A stretch of DNA of 64,000 nucleotides from Macrostomum hystrix (lineage: Eukaryota > Animalia > Platyhelminthes): contig CATNEN010000041.1 of the NCBI GenBank assembly GCA_950097015.1, positions 248,001 to 312,000 on the forward strand, written 5' to 3'. Numbering within the stretch: position 1 is the first letter of the stretch; every line of letters begins with the position of its first letter. The position numbers and the translations under genes are program-made. Below the pieces are notes generated by a model. The model was not told where the DNA came from. It saw nothing but the letters and a program-made list of their open reading frames with translations, and did no database searches. Of the stretch, positions 12,363-26,520 are shown piece by piece.

Positions 12363-14585
12363 TCAGCTGTCCTGTGCGACCTCCAGCTCACCAGCCAGGT
12401 CCGGCCTCTCAAGCCGCCGCAGCTGGCGCCACACGGCCAAGCGAGCTGCCGCGCCGCGCCCGTCCAGCGCGACCAGCCAGTCCTCCAGCTGCCCGACCGG
12501 CTCCGGCAGGGCTTCGGAGTCTCTTGTCGTGGCGTTCATCAACTCCTCCAGGCCGGTCCGCAAGCTGCTCAGCAGCTGCCCGGCGGCGAGATCTTCGGCC
12601 AGACGGCGCAGATTGTCCCGCGGCACTTCGGCCATCGGCTCCAGCAGGCCCCGGCTGTGATGGCAAAGCAGGCGACGTACTGTCGGGGCCGGAACCGCTC
12701 GCAGCCACTGGTCGTCCTCTGGGTCCACCTGAAACCGCGTGGTGTCGCAAATTCGCTCAGTGAAGCCTTTTTTAACACTTTGGCCTTGAACTTGTTGGAT
12801 AAAGCAACGCGATGCTTAAAGTAAAAATAAAGCAAATTTTCACCTTCGCACGGCCGGCGTTAAGCAGCAACTTGCAAGCCTCGATGTTGCCGGCTTCGGC
12901 TGCGGCAGCCAGCGGGCTGAGGCCGCGCCCGCCTGCCTGACGAGCCTCCCAGTCCGGTCTCAGACTGTGCCGGCCGCACAGCTCCAGAAGCTGGCGCAGA
13001 CCCGAGCCGTCGACACCGCGGGCCATCCAATGCACTGGCGTCCAGCCATCGCTGTCCGCTGAGTTCAGCGCCTCCGTCAGGCTCTCCATCAGGCTCTGCA
13101 GCTGGGCCTCGGCTCCGTCCTCCTCATCTGCCTGCGGCTGCTCGCTTGACTGGCTGGGCGGCCTGAGCAACGAAGAAGGCTGATCACTGCAGAACCGAGG
13201 CACGAAAGCACGAAATTCGTTTAATATTTATGATAAGACACTAGTATAGGGCTTGATGGACGTCAGTGGATTGCTAGTCACATGTGAATTACTTTGTACA
13301 TCGAGAACATTGTTAGAAAGTAATGATTAGATAATACGCTCGTAGAATACATGAACCACGGGATTTACAGTAGGACTACCAAGCCATTTTTCAGCAAGTT
13401 TTTATACGAAGGGCGATTTCTCCCCTCAGCCCTGAAAATATTTTGGCAGCGCCCGAATGCTAACAGCCTTGGGTGTTGACTGATTGGTTGACAGACTAGG
13501 CGAGGGTGTCCTGTGGTTCAGCTGCGCCTAATATTTAGGCTTGATCGGTGAAATCGGAGAGGTGTCCATAGTGGCCTAAATCCACCTGTTGTAGTCCTTG
13601 AAGGTCCAGCTGTCCATCTAGACGTTACCACCGAAGACGGAGTTTCTGGCCCGTGTTCTTGTGCTTACGTTGCTCCGTTCGGGCGCAGCAAAAAAAGATT
13701 TCACCGGGGCCGCTTGCTAGTTCTACTGTTATGAGCTTGTTCAAACGAATCCAGCTGATTAATGAGCTTAAGGTCCATGGTCTAAAATAGACTAAAGCTA
13801 ATCTCTGATGGGAATTGAATCATTTTAAAGGCCTTAACCGATTGGCATCAGAGGACGATGCCGGCTTCTTGCTCGCTACCCTCCGCCGCTGCTCCAGCAG
13901 GTCGAGCACTGCACCTAGCTCGTCTAGCACCAGGCCAAGGTCGCGCGGACGCCCTGCAGCGGCAGCTGCAGCAGCTGCATGCAACACGTTCCGTCCATGT
14001 ACATTTATGCCAAAGCGGCAGCAGTCAGAGGACGCCTTGGGTTTGGCACCTCGGCATTGACAGCAGCATCGGCAGCCGCAGTGCATGGCCTGGAGGCGCA
14101 CCAGCCTGCGAAGAACGTATTCGTCAGTTGCCGGCTCGTCGCCAACTGCCAGCGTGAGGGCGTCCTCGCCAGTGTCGGGCGCTCGTTGCCTGGCAGAGCG
14201 CGAGTTGCCGGACGTCTCCGCCAAGGAAATGAAATACCTGGCCGCTGACCAGTTGTCGGCGGCCACTGCGGCTGCTAAAGGATTCTGGCCGTGGCGGTTG
14301 GGGGACCGCAGGACCTCCGGGGTACTGCCGAGCAACTGTGCCATGGTGCAGGCAGCATCGCCGTCTGAGTCGCAGAATGCGTAGTAGGCCTCCTGCAGTA
14401 CGGGCAAGTACTTGAGCATTGCAGCCTGGTGCTGGGACCACAGCTTTAATTCAGCCTGTGTCAGCTGCTTGGGCTTTGTTGCCTCTGCATCGCACTCGAC
14501 TCCGCGTCCTGCGTGTGTTGTTGATGGCAGCGCGGGTCATCATTGATAATTCAGCTGCGAGAGAAAACGAGGACTCACCTTGCAT
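12363..14585 (-). CDS. Ankyrin-repeat protein with C-terminal death-domain-like module (family member 1), ~461 aa; exons 14585-14579, 14508-13839, 13186-12844, 12728-12363
   Basis: All three introns are GT-AG with matching phases (1, 2, 0); total 1386 nt. Ankyrin motifs: NRHGQNPLAAAV, GRNVLHAAA, DSDGWTPVHWMA, GLSPLAAAAEAGNIEACKLLLNAG. The C-terminus PVGQLEDWL...AVWRQLRRLERPDLAGEL resembles death-domain helices 5-6. The 7-nt first exon is the least certain part. Confidence 0.8.
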
Positions 14586-15976
14586 TTCCCAGCCTGCAGA
14601 ATGACTGAATTGAGTGTGAGTAGTCTGGCTACTTGCAGTTTCTCCAGGCTGTGTGATTCGAGTGCTCTCAGCTTACTTTATGCAGCCTGGAATCCTGGCC
14701 ACCCCAGCTACTCCTTGCGGATGGATGCGGCCGACAGCCAATAAGAAATAAACTGAGGTAGGTGGGGCAGGCTGGGGCAATGCGCGAGTGTGCTGAGTCA
14801 ACAAACTGGCAAGTACAAGTTCAGGCACCTTAGCTCTTGCAGTAGCTTTCTCTCCTCCCTCTGAATTTCTAGCTTTAGCATTCGGTCGGTTTAGCTGTGT
14901 AGAACTGTGAACCAGGCCTTGCACATCTGGGTTTGAGTGGCCGGATAATCGTTCAACACTCGGGTGGCTGCAGCTGCAAAGTGGAAAGCTTTCGTTTACA
15001 ATAACAGTTGCCAGGTGCAGAATAGGACAGTAAATGTATGCACAAAACAGCAGAGATTCGCATTCGACACCAAACCTTTGCAATCCAATGTGTATCTGAG
15101 CGGCTAGTTTTACGAGCTGCGATCCTTTTTCTGAATCTGAACTTCTATAATATGCATGTACAACCCAATCTAAACATGCAAGGATAGCCTTTCCGATGGC
15201 CATATGCAACGACAAATTCGGGTTTTCAGTCTGAGGTCTCATAGCGGGCTTTCAGGTTGGACAAATTTTCTAAAAGTAGAAACTCGCCGTGCTATCTTCG
15301 GCTAAACAGCGTCATGCGTATCACGGAGGCACTAACACATGCAGCCTTTCTATCCAGAAAGCATCTGCCGCATCTGAGACTGTCTGCATTAGTACGGACT
15401 TCTGACTAGTCAATTCCAGCCCTTATGGGCCCAGCCTTAAGATCCCAGTAGATGATCCACGTCCATCATGGTAAGGGCCTCCATCCATTATTGTTGATAC
15501 AGGCTTGCAGTAGGAGTTCCAGTTTTCCTGGCCCTGACCGGTTTAAGCGGTATCTCCTGCCGCAGAGTCCATCGACTGACTGATCCGCGAGGGCAACCTC
15601 ACAACCTCGGTTCTACAACAAAATTCTAAAACAATTGCTTCAAGGCAGTAAATACTCAATTCTGCACCAATAAAAGGATGCCAATTATATTTATCTCACA
15701 CTTTTTTAGCAACTTTGAGCAATTAACCAATGTTTAAAACTCGGCAAGTACGAGCGTAAAAATCACATATATTGAGCGAAATACAAGTAAAAGGCTTTTT
15801 TCGCAAAAAAATTCCGTAACAAAGAACTTTCATTCGCTGATGGTAAAACGCTTAGTGCAGTTAGCTATGGGCTTGAGCTAGTGAGAAATTGAGTCGAGAG
15901 AAATAGAGCTAATTAGCAAATTTTAAATTCTATTAGCATGGTCAGTGACAGGCGCCCAGAGCCAGTCCTCTGTGCA

Positions 15977-18900
15977 TTAAGTGTACAGCGCCAGCTGAAG
16001 GAACTGAAAGTTAAGAGCGAAATTCAAAGATAGAAGTTAACATCTTTTTTTAAACGGTCGAGTTGTTGCAACAGTGGCTGGTCTAAGCACTTACCTCATC
16101 CAGCCCAAACGCAGCCTCGGCCTTGCTGTCGCTGTCCTGGGCTTTGAAGCTCTCCAGGATGGTCTTTAGACGAACACAAAGGATGACAAAGTCGTCAAAC
16201 TTGATGGATCCGGACTTGTCCGCGTAGCGCATCACCAGCGATTGGTAGATCTTGTTGGGCACTCTGTAGCCTGCAATTATCAAGGCCTTGTTTAAGTCAG
16301 TGCGTCAGTGAGCTCAAATTTCACCGATTAGTTTACGAGCATCAAAGGCTTCGAGCTAGCGGAATGGGCGACCCCCCGCCTCCCCGCTGTGTCCATCGGA
16401 CCGCCCTGCAAGGCTTCGAGCTATTAGTAGCTCGTATGAATTAGTACTTATTGCTTTCGGTTTAAAACTCTGGCTGAAAACATTACACTATAGCTCGTAT
16501 TATACACTTCGAAGCTAAAGCTCGGCAGAACGAAAGTACATCGTACCCATGCGGCCCAGCGCGGCCCGCAGCTCAAAGCTGTTGAAGTCTCCGGAGTTGT
16601 CAGTGTCGAAGGCCTTGAACACGGCGCTCCAAAGTCGAAGGCATTTCCACAATGCCTTGAACTCGTCGAACTGCAGATAGCCGCTCTGGTCCACATCGAC
16701 AAACGCCAGAAGCGAGCGACAGGCCTCTTTGGAGAAGCCTTTGAATCCCTTGGGACCTGAGATTAGTTGGCCAGTTATTACATTTGCTTTTACTTCTAAG
16801 AATGCTAAAAGTGAGCTACGAGCTCGTAAATTAGATGGGGTTCTTTCCTAACCCTAACCCTAACCCTAACCACGACCCCGCAAATAGCATATCCCCTAAC
16901 TCTCTTAACTCTTGAAATTTGGAGGATATTAAATTTGAGGGATGGTAAATTTTGAAGTTGGGTAATTTGGGGGTGTGAACTTTCAGGGATATAAAATTTA
17001 AGGGATTTGAAAATTAAAGGTTGTGAAACACGCATGCGGAGTCATTACGGCTTTGCGTGGATTGTCCCAGCCCATACCTGATCTGGTGAATGCCTGGTTC
17101 AGGATCTCCATCAGGTCATCCACGACGAAGCCCGGCTGCTCGCCCATCAGAATGGCAAACGCTTTGCATGCGGCTTCCTCGAGAAGTTTTTCCCTCTCCA
17201 TGAGCTTTGTGTCCGTCTTCACGGTGTCTGCCTCACCATCGGCAATTCCCATGTCCTGAATTTCGTTGAAGTTTACATGGCTAGGTTTCGAGTATGAACC
17301 CAAGCTATCCCGACTTAATAGATCATATCACTTAACTCACTTTGATATCCGGCACGTTCACGACATCGTCTACTTCTTCCGACTCATTTGGCTGCTCGGA
17401 GTAGATCCTGAGAAGGAACTCAGCCTCCATATTGGGATCGAAGGTGCTGGGCACTATTATGTAGGTACCTGGTGCTAGCTTGTGGCGCCCTGTGATCTCT
17501 CTGCTGTCTCCAAAAGTTGGCGACCTCGCCGCACTGGCCTGATACTTAAAGAAGTTCATGTCCTTCGGACCTGGCGGGTCAGACTCGTTCACCTGGTAGA
17601 GGATGTAGCCGATGAAGTTGTTTGCAGCGCCTTGCTTTCGCATGTTCTTCTGCATCAGACCGATGATGATTGACCCCAGGTCCTCGTCATCTCCCTCATC
17701 AGGATCCACTACCTTCACACGGAACTGTGGATTCAGCCAGAAGGAGTCCAGGTATTTGCGACAGCCTCCGGCGTTGACGTTGCGAGTCCAGCTGCCGTGA
17801 TGTGTGATGGCCTCCCAGCGCGTCTTGCCCGCAGTACCGTCCTGCCCACTTGACAAGGAGTCCGGTCCAAGGTGGCAGATCTCCACTTTGTGGAAGTTTT
17901 CCACGAAGTCCGAGAAGCTCATCCAAAACTCACCATCGTCCTCGTTCGACAACCCGATGCGTTGCTTTTCCTTGTCACTGAGCTGCTCCCATTCGCTGGA
18001 ATTGTCGCCCCAGCTGCCCTTCCACTCTTCCTCATTGCCCCAAGGATTTCTGATTCTAACGAGAGACTCTTGCTCACTAGAGAGAAGTTCCACCTGAAAG
18101 TGCGAAATTCAGACTAATATGAAAACTTGGCACAATAGTATTAAAACATCAGGCAGAGAGTACAGACCTTCTCAACGGCTGTGATGGAGTACGCGTGCCC
18201 CATGATCAGTCCATTGTCCAATCGGGCTTCGATTTGACTTGGATTTGCGTTGATGCCGCAGCCCATCAACGAACACCTCTTAGTTGCCTTGTGCATGGTC
18301 TCAAACAGGTCAGCAGGGGATGCATTAAGAAGGTCAAAGAACTCGGTGATTCCGCCCGTGAAGTCTTCCATAGCCTCCGAGCTGGAGCCGCCAATAAGAG
18401 CTCGGTAACTGCCCATCGTTTTTGCGTAGGCCTTCTCCAACAGGGCCGACCAGAACTCGTCCGAGTCTGTCGAGTGCATGAAGATCAACCGGTCGCCACA
18501 GGTTGGCAACCGGTCATCAATCCAGATGTCCTTCCACTCGCCGAACATCCAAAAGCGAAATTTGAACATACCACAGTAGCTTTGGTCAAGGAACTCCTGA
18601 TCGATTGGTACCACTTGGTTGAACAATTCCTGGTGCATCGAAAGTGAAGCAACGGCTGCCAGTAACCAGCAGTCCCCTGATACAATGGAAAAAATATTAT
18701 ATCACAATCTAATCTCACACTGCAATTTCCAGATGAAACATAAGAGCAACATTCTGACTGACCAATGGCACCTTGACGAACATCAAATCGGCTTGTTCCA
18801 TCGCTGACAAACTTTGCAGTGTCACAAAACTCCTAAATTGTTGCGTTAGCAAATAGGTTCCTTGTACTTCTAAACAAAAGTATATGAAGTGTCATAAAAT

Positions 18901-19134
18901 TTTCTCGAACCTTTGCAACTTATATCTTACCAGAGGTCGCTTCCAGACGATTTCAGCTCCAGGCGGAAGAGCCTCGTACACATCGTCTGGCAGTACAGAG
19001 TCGTCGGCGGGAAACTCCTGGTCCACGAACAGCTTGCCTTCGGACCGCAGCTCGTCCTGCTGGGCAATTAGATTCTGCTGACTTCGCCGAAGCTCCTCGG
19101 AAATTTTGACCATCAAACGACTTGAGGCTTCCAT
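15977..19134 (-). CDS. Classical calpain large subunit (CysPc + C2-like + penta-EF-hand), ~708 aa; exons 19134-18931, 18832-18763, 18676-18168, 18093-17341, 17255-17078, 16756-16547, 16270-16095, 16003-15977
   Basis: Catalytic triad intact: QGAIGDCWLLAA (Cys), GHAYSIT (His), RIRNPWG (Asn). Domain III motifs AGGCRKY..FWLNPQF and PSTFDPNMEAEFLLRIYSE. EF-hands DVDQSGYLQFDEF and DTDNSGDFNSFEL. C-terminus FLQLALYT*. All splice phases are consistent. Confidence 0.96.
16847..16871. repeat. Short interstitial (CCCTAA)~4 telomere-type repeat in a calpain intron
   Basis: cctaaccctaaccctaaccctaacc read directly. Confidence 0.7.
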
Positions 19135-19888
19135 TTTTGCCTTAGCAAGGCGCGTCTTGGGTTAGATGAAACAGCTCAAACTCGTGCTCGATCTGTCTGC
19201 TCTGCTCTAATATTTTATGAGTGTAGGGCGCACTGGGTGAACGCACGATGCACACGCGACACACACTTATTCTCGCGACTCCATTGTCCTTCGAGGCTTC
19301 CAACAGCAAGTCTCAATTGGTATCATTTTGAGTCTTGAGGGTCTGGGGCATTGTGGGCACTTTTTAACCATTTCAGGCTGCCTAGGCTTGCTGCACCTGC
19401 TGCAATGGAAAGCAATGCGCTCAGAAGGAAACTAGAATAGCTAAATGAGGCCCCTTGAAGAGCGAATCATGCGTTGCAAACCCCCTGCATATTCTACAAG
19501 CATCATGAGAACACCTCGCTGTATATGTTCATATACAGAATTATAACAACAATTAGCTCATCCATAAATAATTTGTGCATTCGAAAAATGCACATAAAAT
19601 GCGAAAAAATATAAATGGGACGTTTTTATTGCGCTGGACTGGATAAATAGTCCGGTCAGTAATTCTATAGTAGGAGAGCTCCTGAAAGAATTATTCTTTA
19701 TAAACTAATGTTTAAATGTACTTCTTAGGTGTACAGTTTACCAGTTTGAGCGTGTACACGTGTCAATTTCACAAATTAAACGAATTATGAATGAATCACT
19801 TTTGCCATACTATTAATATTGAGCTTATTCAGAAAAAAAACTAACGGAATCGATAAAGTGGCAGTACAGGCCATATTAAGCTGTAGAG

Positions 19889-20306
19889 CAGGGGTCGGCA
19901 AACTCCGGCCCGCGGGCCAGATGCGGCCCTCGAAGCCCCTAAATATGGCCCGTTGCCCCTTCCACCACCTATAGTATCCTATCTCATCTCTCCAGTGTCT
20001 TATCTGTCCAGTGTCTAATTATCTCTCCCCTGTCTCATCTCTCCCCTGTCTCATCTCTGCCGTGTCTCCCGTCTCTCTCCAGTCTTATCTATTCTCATCT
20101 CTGGCTCATCCCTCCCCTGTCTAATCTATCCGGTGTCTCATCTCTCCCATTTCTCATCTATCCTGTGTCCAATCTCTCCCATTTCTCATCTCATCTATCC
20201 TGTGTCTCATCTCTCCCCTTTCTCATATTCCTACAGTTAATACGGCCCGCTGTCGTCCTATAGGTTCTCTCCGTGGCCCGCTAGCTAAAAAGTTTGCCGA
20301 CCCCTG
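19889..20306 (+). mobile_element. hAT (Charlie-like) MITE, copy 1
   Basis: TIRs caggggtcggcaaact...agtttgccgacccctg; perfect 8-bp TSD ctgtagag (19881-19888 and 20307-20314); no coding capacity. Confidence 0.92.
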
Positions 20307-20841
20307 CTGTAGAGTGTAGGTTTAAAAAGTATTTCCAGTTGATTGCCCCAGTGTATACGTAGCTTGGCAATAAAATAAATTTTCAAAACAAGCTTTATCA
20401 TTGAGAATCGAGTCAATGCGTTCACGTAAAAAATATCACCTACTTTAAGTCTGAGGATTTCAATTTTTTCGTTCAAACCCATTTTTATTAAGTTGCACAT
20501 TGGCAACCAATTTTATACATTCGGTGATACTACTAACAGCAGAATAACCTGCGTAACTGGATTGTCAGAAGATAGACAAGAGCAGGCTTCTTAGCGTATA
20601 ATGAGCATAATGTATTGTTCTGCAGGTTGCTCACTGAATTTTTAACAAGCTGTGCATATTCCAAACGTCTGCAATCAAAATACTCGTAAGGGCATAACTT
20701 TTTTCGACTGTTACAGCGATTTTTCGTCCAAAAGCATGTTCTACCAGCGTAGACAAATATTTCTCATTATCGTTTGACTCTGCAGCAAGCAGGATCGGCT
20801 ATCATTCGCGCTAAATTTTGTAGAATTTATTTCGTCCATGG

Positions 20842-21226
20842 CAGGGGTTGGCAAACTTATTAGCGTACGGGCCACGGAGAGAACCTAAAAGACGACAGCG
20901 GGCCGCATTGACTATAGGAATATGAGAAAGGAGAGAGATAAGACAGGGGGAGATGAGACACAGGAGAGATAAGACACGGGTCGATGAGACACGGTATAAA
21001 TGAGACACGGGATTAGATGAGACAGGGGATAGACGAGAAAGGGAAGAGATGAGACGGGGGAGAGACGAGAAAGGGAAGAGATGAGATGGGGGAGAGGTGG
21101 GAGACACGGGAGAGATGAGACAGGATATATGAGACAGAATACTATTGGTGTTGGAAGGGCAACGTGCCGGATTTGATAGCTTCGAGGGCCTCATCTGGCC
21201 CACGGGCCCGAGTTTGCCGACTCCTC
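20842..21226 (-). mobile_element. hAT (Charlie-like) MITE, copy 2 (opposite orientation, older)
   Basis: TIRs caggggttggcaaact...agtttgccgactcctc; TSD gtccatgg/gtctatgg (1 mismatch); internal sequence is the reverse complement homolog of copy 1. Confidence 0.85.
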
Positions 21227-21229
21227 GTC

Positions 21230-21970
21230 TATGGTCTATACTCTATGGTTGCACAGTTACGTTAATTTTGTAACCCCGAGGCAGGGACAACTAAAACCCT
21301 CGGGACGCGAAACGAGCCAATTCATGGCAAAAAATCTGAGGGGCTCGCTTAAAAGTATTGTTCTATGGCTATTTCAAGTCTTCTCTGCTATCAGGCATTA
21401 TAAGGCTTCAGCAACGTATTATGGTATAAACGATCACTCAGCGATAATGGCATGTCTATGGCACAAACTGCGCCAATCCGCCATGAGCCAGAAGCTGACA
21501 AAATTTGGACGCTTATATTTGTTTCTTTTAATTATCAATTAAAGTATTTTACTAACCGGTAAAAGCATTATAAGGCTTCAGGCCATAGACAAATCAACTC
21601 CCCCTATAACGCCGTTGCTTGTCGACCGACAGCCGCCAGATAGCGTTATAGGGGGAGTTGATTTGTCTATGGCCTGAAGCCTTATAATGCTTTTACCGGT
21701 TGGCTGCCTCGCAGTTAATGGCGATTACGATCTCGGCGCTACGCGCCTCGATCGACCGCCATTAACTTGCTCGGCACCCAACCGGTAAAGTTCCATTATC
21801 GGTTAGATTAAATAGTAAAGCGAGGCAATGTCGAGTATTTAATTTAAAGAATAAGAACCAGTTTTAGTTTTAGTTGTCCCTGCCCCGAGGCATGCAGAAT
21901 TGATTGTGTCTATGGTAGAATGATGTGAGTCAAATGAGAATGTTCATAAACGCCAACTCGTGCCTCTATG
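21230..21970. mobile_element. Putative foldback/palindromic element with a perfect 59-bp inverted repeat core
   Basis: Arms 21554-21612 and 21643-21701 are exact reverse complements around a 30-bp loop. An outer inverted pair, ggcagggacaactaaaac, lies at ~21280 and ~21866. Element boundaries are approximate. Confidence 0.55.
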
Positions 21971-23583
21971 GCAAAAAGCACACGCTAGCACTCTTTAATA
22001 TTTTCAGTCTCACTCTATTAAACTTTGGACTTTTAGCCTTAGCTTTGATCGCACTTATAAGTGCGACTTCACTTCACTAAAATAGTTGTTTAAAATGGCC
22101 CGATTGATCGTCAGTTGGGTCGAGTCCAGTGGTGACTGCATGTACTTTGACCTTGGGCCGCCTTTTGACACAAAAATATTGACACCTGGCATTGCCATTG
22201 CCCCAATTAATCCAGTTTTCGCCCTTGGACTGGCCTGGCCGCGTGACAACAGACAACAGGTGGGACCGTGGGAGGGTACTACAATAATTATAAAGCAAAT
22301 GGTATTGAAAATTAAATAATTATGCCTCTTTGAGTCGGCTACTGCCAAGGTTCTGACTTCTGAGACAGGCCGTTTTATCACTTTTACAGTTTCCTTTTGG
22401 CTTCAATTCAAGCATAATAAATTTAAATCTTTGAAATTCGATTCAAAAATAAAATAGAACTGAAAATGTAAATGCCCTGTGCATTCAATTCTAGACTTAT
22501 AACTCGTAGACGTAGTTGTCAGATAAAAGAGGTACAAGTACAACTGCCAACCGAAAAATCGTGTGAGGCTGAGAATGAGAACTATACACGTAGAATAGTA
22601 GACATAGAGACAGGCAGGCAGTAGACGGGCGGGGCTGGAGGCAAACACTGTGAGCACTGGGCGGAGTTACCATACCAACAGAAATATCGGGTTTTTTCGT
22701 GAAGACCATTGTACACTATACACTGTACAGTATCGCATGCGTATACAGTATTCAAAGCCTTGCTTTGCCAACGGCCCACATTTTCGCTTTCTCGAGTCAC
22801 ATGAAATTAAATCGATATTTTCATTTCCTGTCCCAGTCTCATCCAACCCACAAGCCTGGGCAGGGCTTGGAAGGGCCTGAGTGCAGTACGTTGAGTGCAT
22901 GTACGTTGTTTTCCTGCACGTACAAAAATTCTTAGCAGTCAGCTGTTCGCTGAGTGGCTCACTCCTTCTCCCTGTGCGGCAGCGGGCAGGAGGGTAACAG
23001 GGGACGTTATCGATTTTTGTCCCTGCCTCGGCCTGTCCCGGCCTCTCACCCCTTTCTCTCCAATGCGTCTGCTGTATCTCCATTCTTTCCTTCTTATCGC
23101 CCCCTTCCTTCCTGCCTTTGCAGAAGCTGCTGCAAGGCCTGCAACTGCTAGGGGCTAGGGCTGCTCCATTTTGTCATCGCTGTCCTTAGTAAAATTAAGA
23201 TTGCACCGGATATGCGCAATATGAACAATTGAGCCTTTGAAACTATCAAGATTTTCGACTGCGGGTTGATGGATGAATTCATTATTTGGCGCAAGGTGTA
23301 TTACAAGGTGCATTACAAAATAACGTGTAGCAAACTAACAGCATTAGAAAATACAGACACTTGTCTTGGTACAGTTCAGTTAAGAAATCGAGATAGGTAG
23401 CGAAGCGATGACAATTCTGATTAGGAGAACTAGTCCGTAAAAAACTAGTCCGCAAAAAACTTAGATTCAGTGCAGAATTCACATATTGATTCTTGTGTTT
23501 GAAATGTTTTTTGTTTCCATCAGTTTAGCATAACGCTTAACTGTGGACTGGAGAGAATAATTCATTTATTTCCATACTGATGT

Positions 23584-23936
23584 TTCACGAATCTCACGAT
23601 ATTTCGAGAAACTGAAAATAAAGTTCCACATGCCCAACAAGCAAGGTGGACTGAGTGCGTATGAAGGACGGAAAATCATGTGACTAAAGAGAGGGAGGAG
23701 GTTGACGTGGCGTCACCCCACCCCGAAGACCCTCCAACTCCGAAACCCACCCAAACACGCGTGTAGCGCGTGACAGAATGGGCGGCTTTGTACACTCAGG
23801 CCATTCCAATTGGCTTACCAAAAGGCCACCCAACGCACAAGATTCAACGTCAGACACTCGTAGTCCTAACGACGCGTGTAAAAATAAAGATTGAATCATA
23901 GACAACTGCGAGCACCCCCAAAACTCCACTATAAAG
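23584..23936 (+). promoter_or_regulatory. Putative polyubiquitin promoter: two TTCnnGAA heat-shock-element cores (23584-23591, 23603-23610) and a TATA-like box (tataaag, 23930-23936)
   Basis: Motifs read directly upstream of the ubiquitin ATG. Heat-shock elements are typical of polyubiquitin promoters; function is not shown here. Confidence 0.45.
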
Positions 23937-24022
23937 CTAACCACGGCGAGCGCGCTTACAACCAAGCTCCTATTTTCTAACAAGAAAACTTCATTCCTAG
24001 CTGAGCTTTTAATTGCAAGTAA

Positions 24023-25183
<1,161 letters not shown>

Positions 25184-25589
25184 AGAAGCTGGAGGAGCTA
25201 ATTTGCGATAGTGACGCAATGAACATTTTATGTCTAACAGTTTAAAGCAAAATATCCCCAGTTCTATTTTTGTCAAAGCATAGAACAAGCAATTTCTTTA
25301 AATCCAGTCAATAAGATAATAGCCTCAATCGCTTTCTCAAGTTATGCTCTCGAAGGATATCCTGTCAAACAAATGCTTTTAAATAGTTTAAATCGAAAAA
25401 TACACCCTTTTCGGTGTTTCTACGCCTAACAAAGCAAAATAAGTGTTCGAACTCTCGGTACAAGAATTATTTTCTGTTGATTTTCTTTTTGTTAATGCTT
25501 GCGAGCGCCTCGTGATTGTTTGCTTGTGATCCTACAGCGATTTTGCGCCTACTCTCATCGCCCTCACTCCCACTTCCTTGACTCACTGT

Positions 25590-26520
25590 TCTCAGCCTCA
25601 CTGTCCTCATCATCACCCTCACTGTCCTCACTCTCACTGTCCTCACTCTCACTGTCCTCACCCTCACGTCCTAATTCTCGCTGTCCTCAATCTCGCTGTC
25701 CTCACTCTCGCTGTCCTCACCCTCACTGTCTTTACTCTCACTGTCCTCACCCTCACTGTCCTCACCCTCACTGTCTTTACTCTCACTCCTCACCCTCACT
25801 GTCCTCACCCTCACTGTCTTTACTCTCACTCCTCACCCTCACTGTCCTAATTCTCGCTGTCCTCACCCTCACTGTCTTCACTTTCCCTATCCTCACTTTC
25901 ACTGTCCTCACCCTCACTCTCGCTGTCCTCACCCTCACTGTCCTCACTCTCACTGTCCTCACCCTCACTGTCCTCACCCTCACTGTCCTCACTCTCACTG
26001 TCCTCACCATCACTCTCGCTGTCCTCACCCTCACTGTCCTCACCCTCACTGTCCTGATTCTCGCTGTCCTCACTCTCGCTGTCTTCACTCTCGCTGTCCT
26101 CACTCTCGCTGTCCTCACCCTCACTGTCTTCACTCTCACTGTCCTCACCCTCACTGTCCTAATTCTCGCTGTCCTCACCCTCACTGTCCTCACCCTCACT
26201 GTTTTCACTTTCACTGTCCTCACTTTCACTGTCCTCACCCTCACTCTCGCTGTCCTCACCCCCACTGTCCTCACCCTCACTGTCCTCACTCTCACTGTCC
26301 TCACTCTCGCTGTCCTCACTCTCGCTGTCTTCACTCTCGCTGTCCTCACCCTCACTGTCCTCACCCTCACTGTCTTCACTTTCACTGTCTTCACCCTCAC
26401 TGTCCTCACTCTCACTGTCCTCACTCTCACTGTCCTCACCCTCACTGTCCTGATTCTCGCTGTCCTCACTCTCGCTGTCTTCACTCTCGCTGTCCTCACC
26501 CTTACTGTCCTCACTCACAG
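25590..26520. repeat. 15-bp minisatellite (cctcactgtcctcac with tc/tt variants)
   Basis: Tandem array; explains the TVLTL, VRTVR and SEDSE low-complexity ORFs. Confidence 0.93.

Noticed and set aside
14673-15242. 189-aa minus-strand ORF
   Set aside because: No recognisable motif or codon bias, and no link by splice phase to neighbouring genes; possibly decayed repeat.
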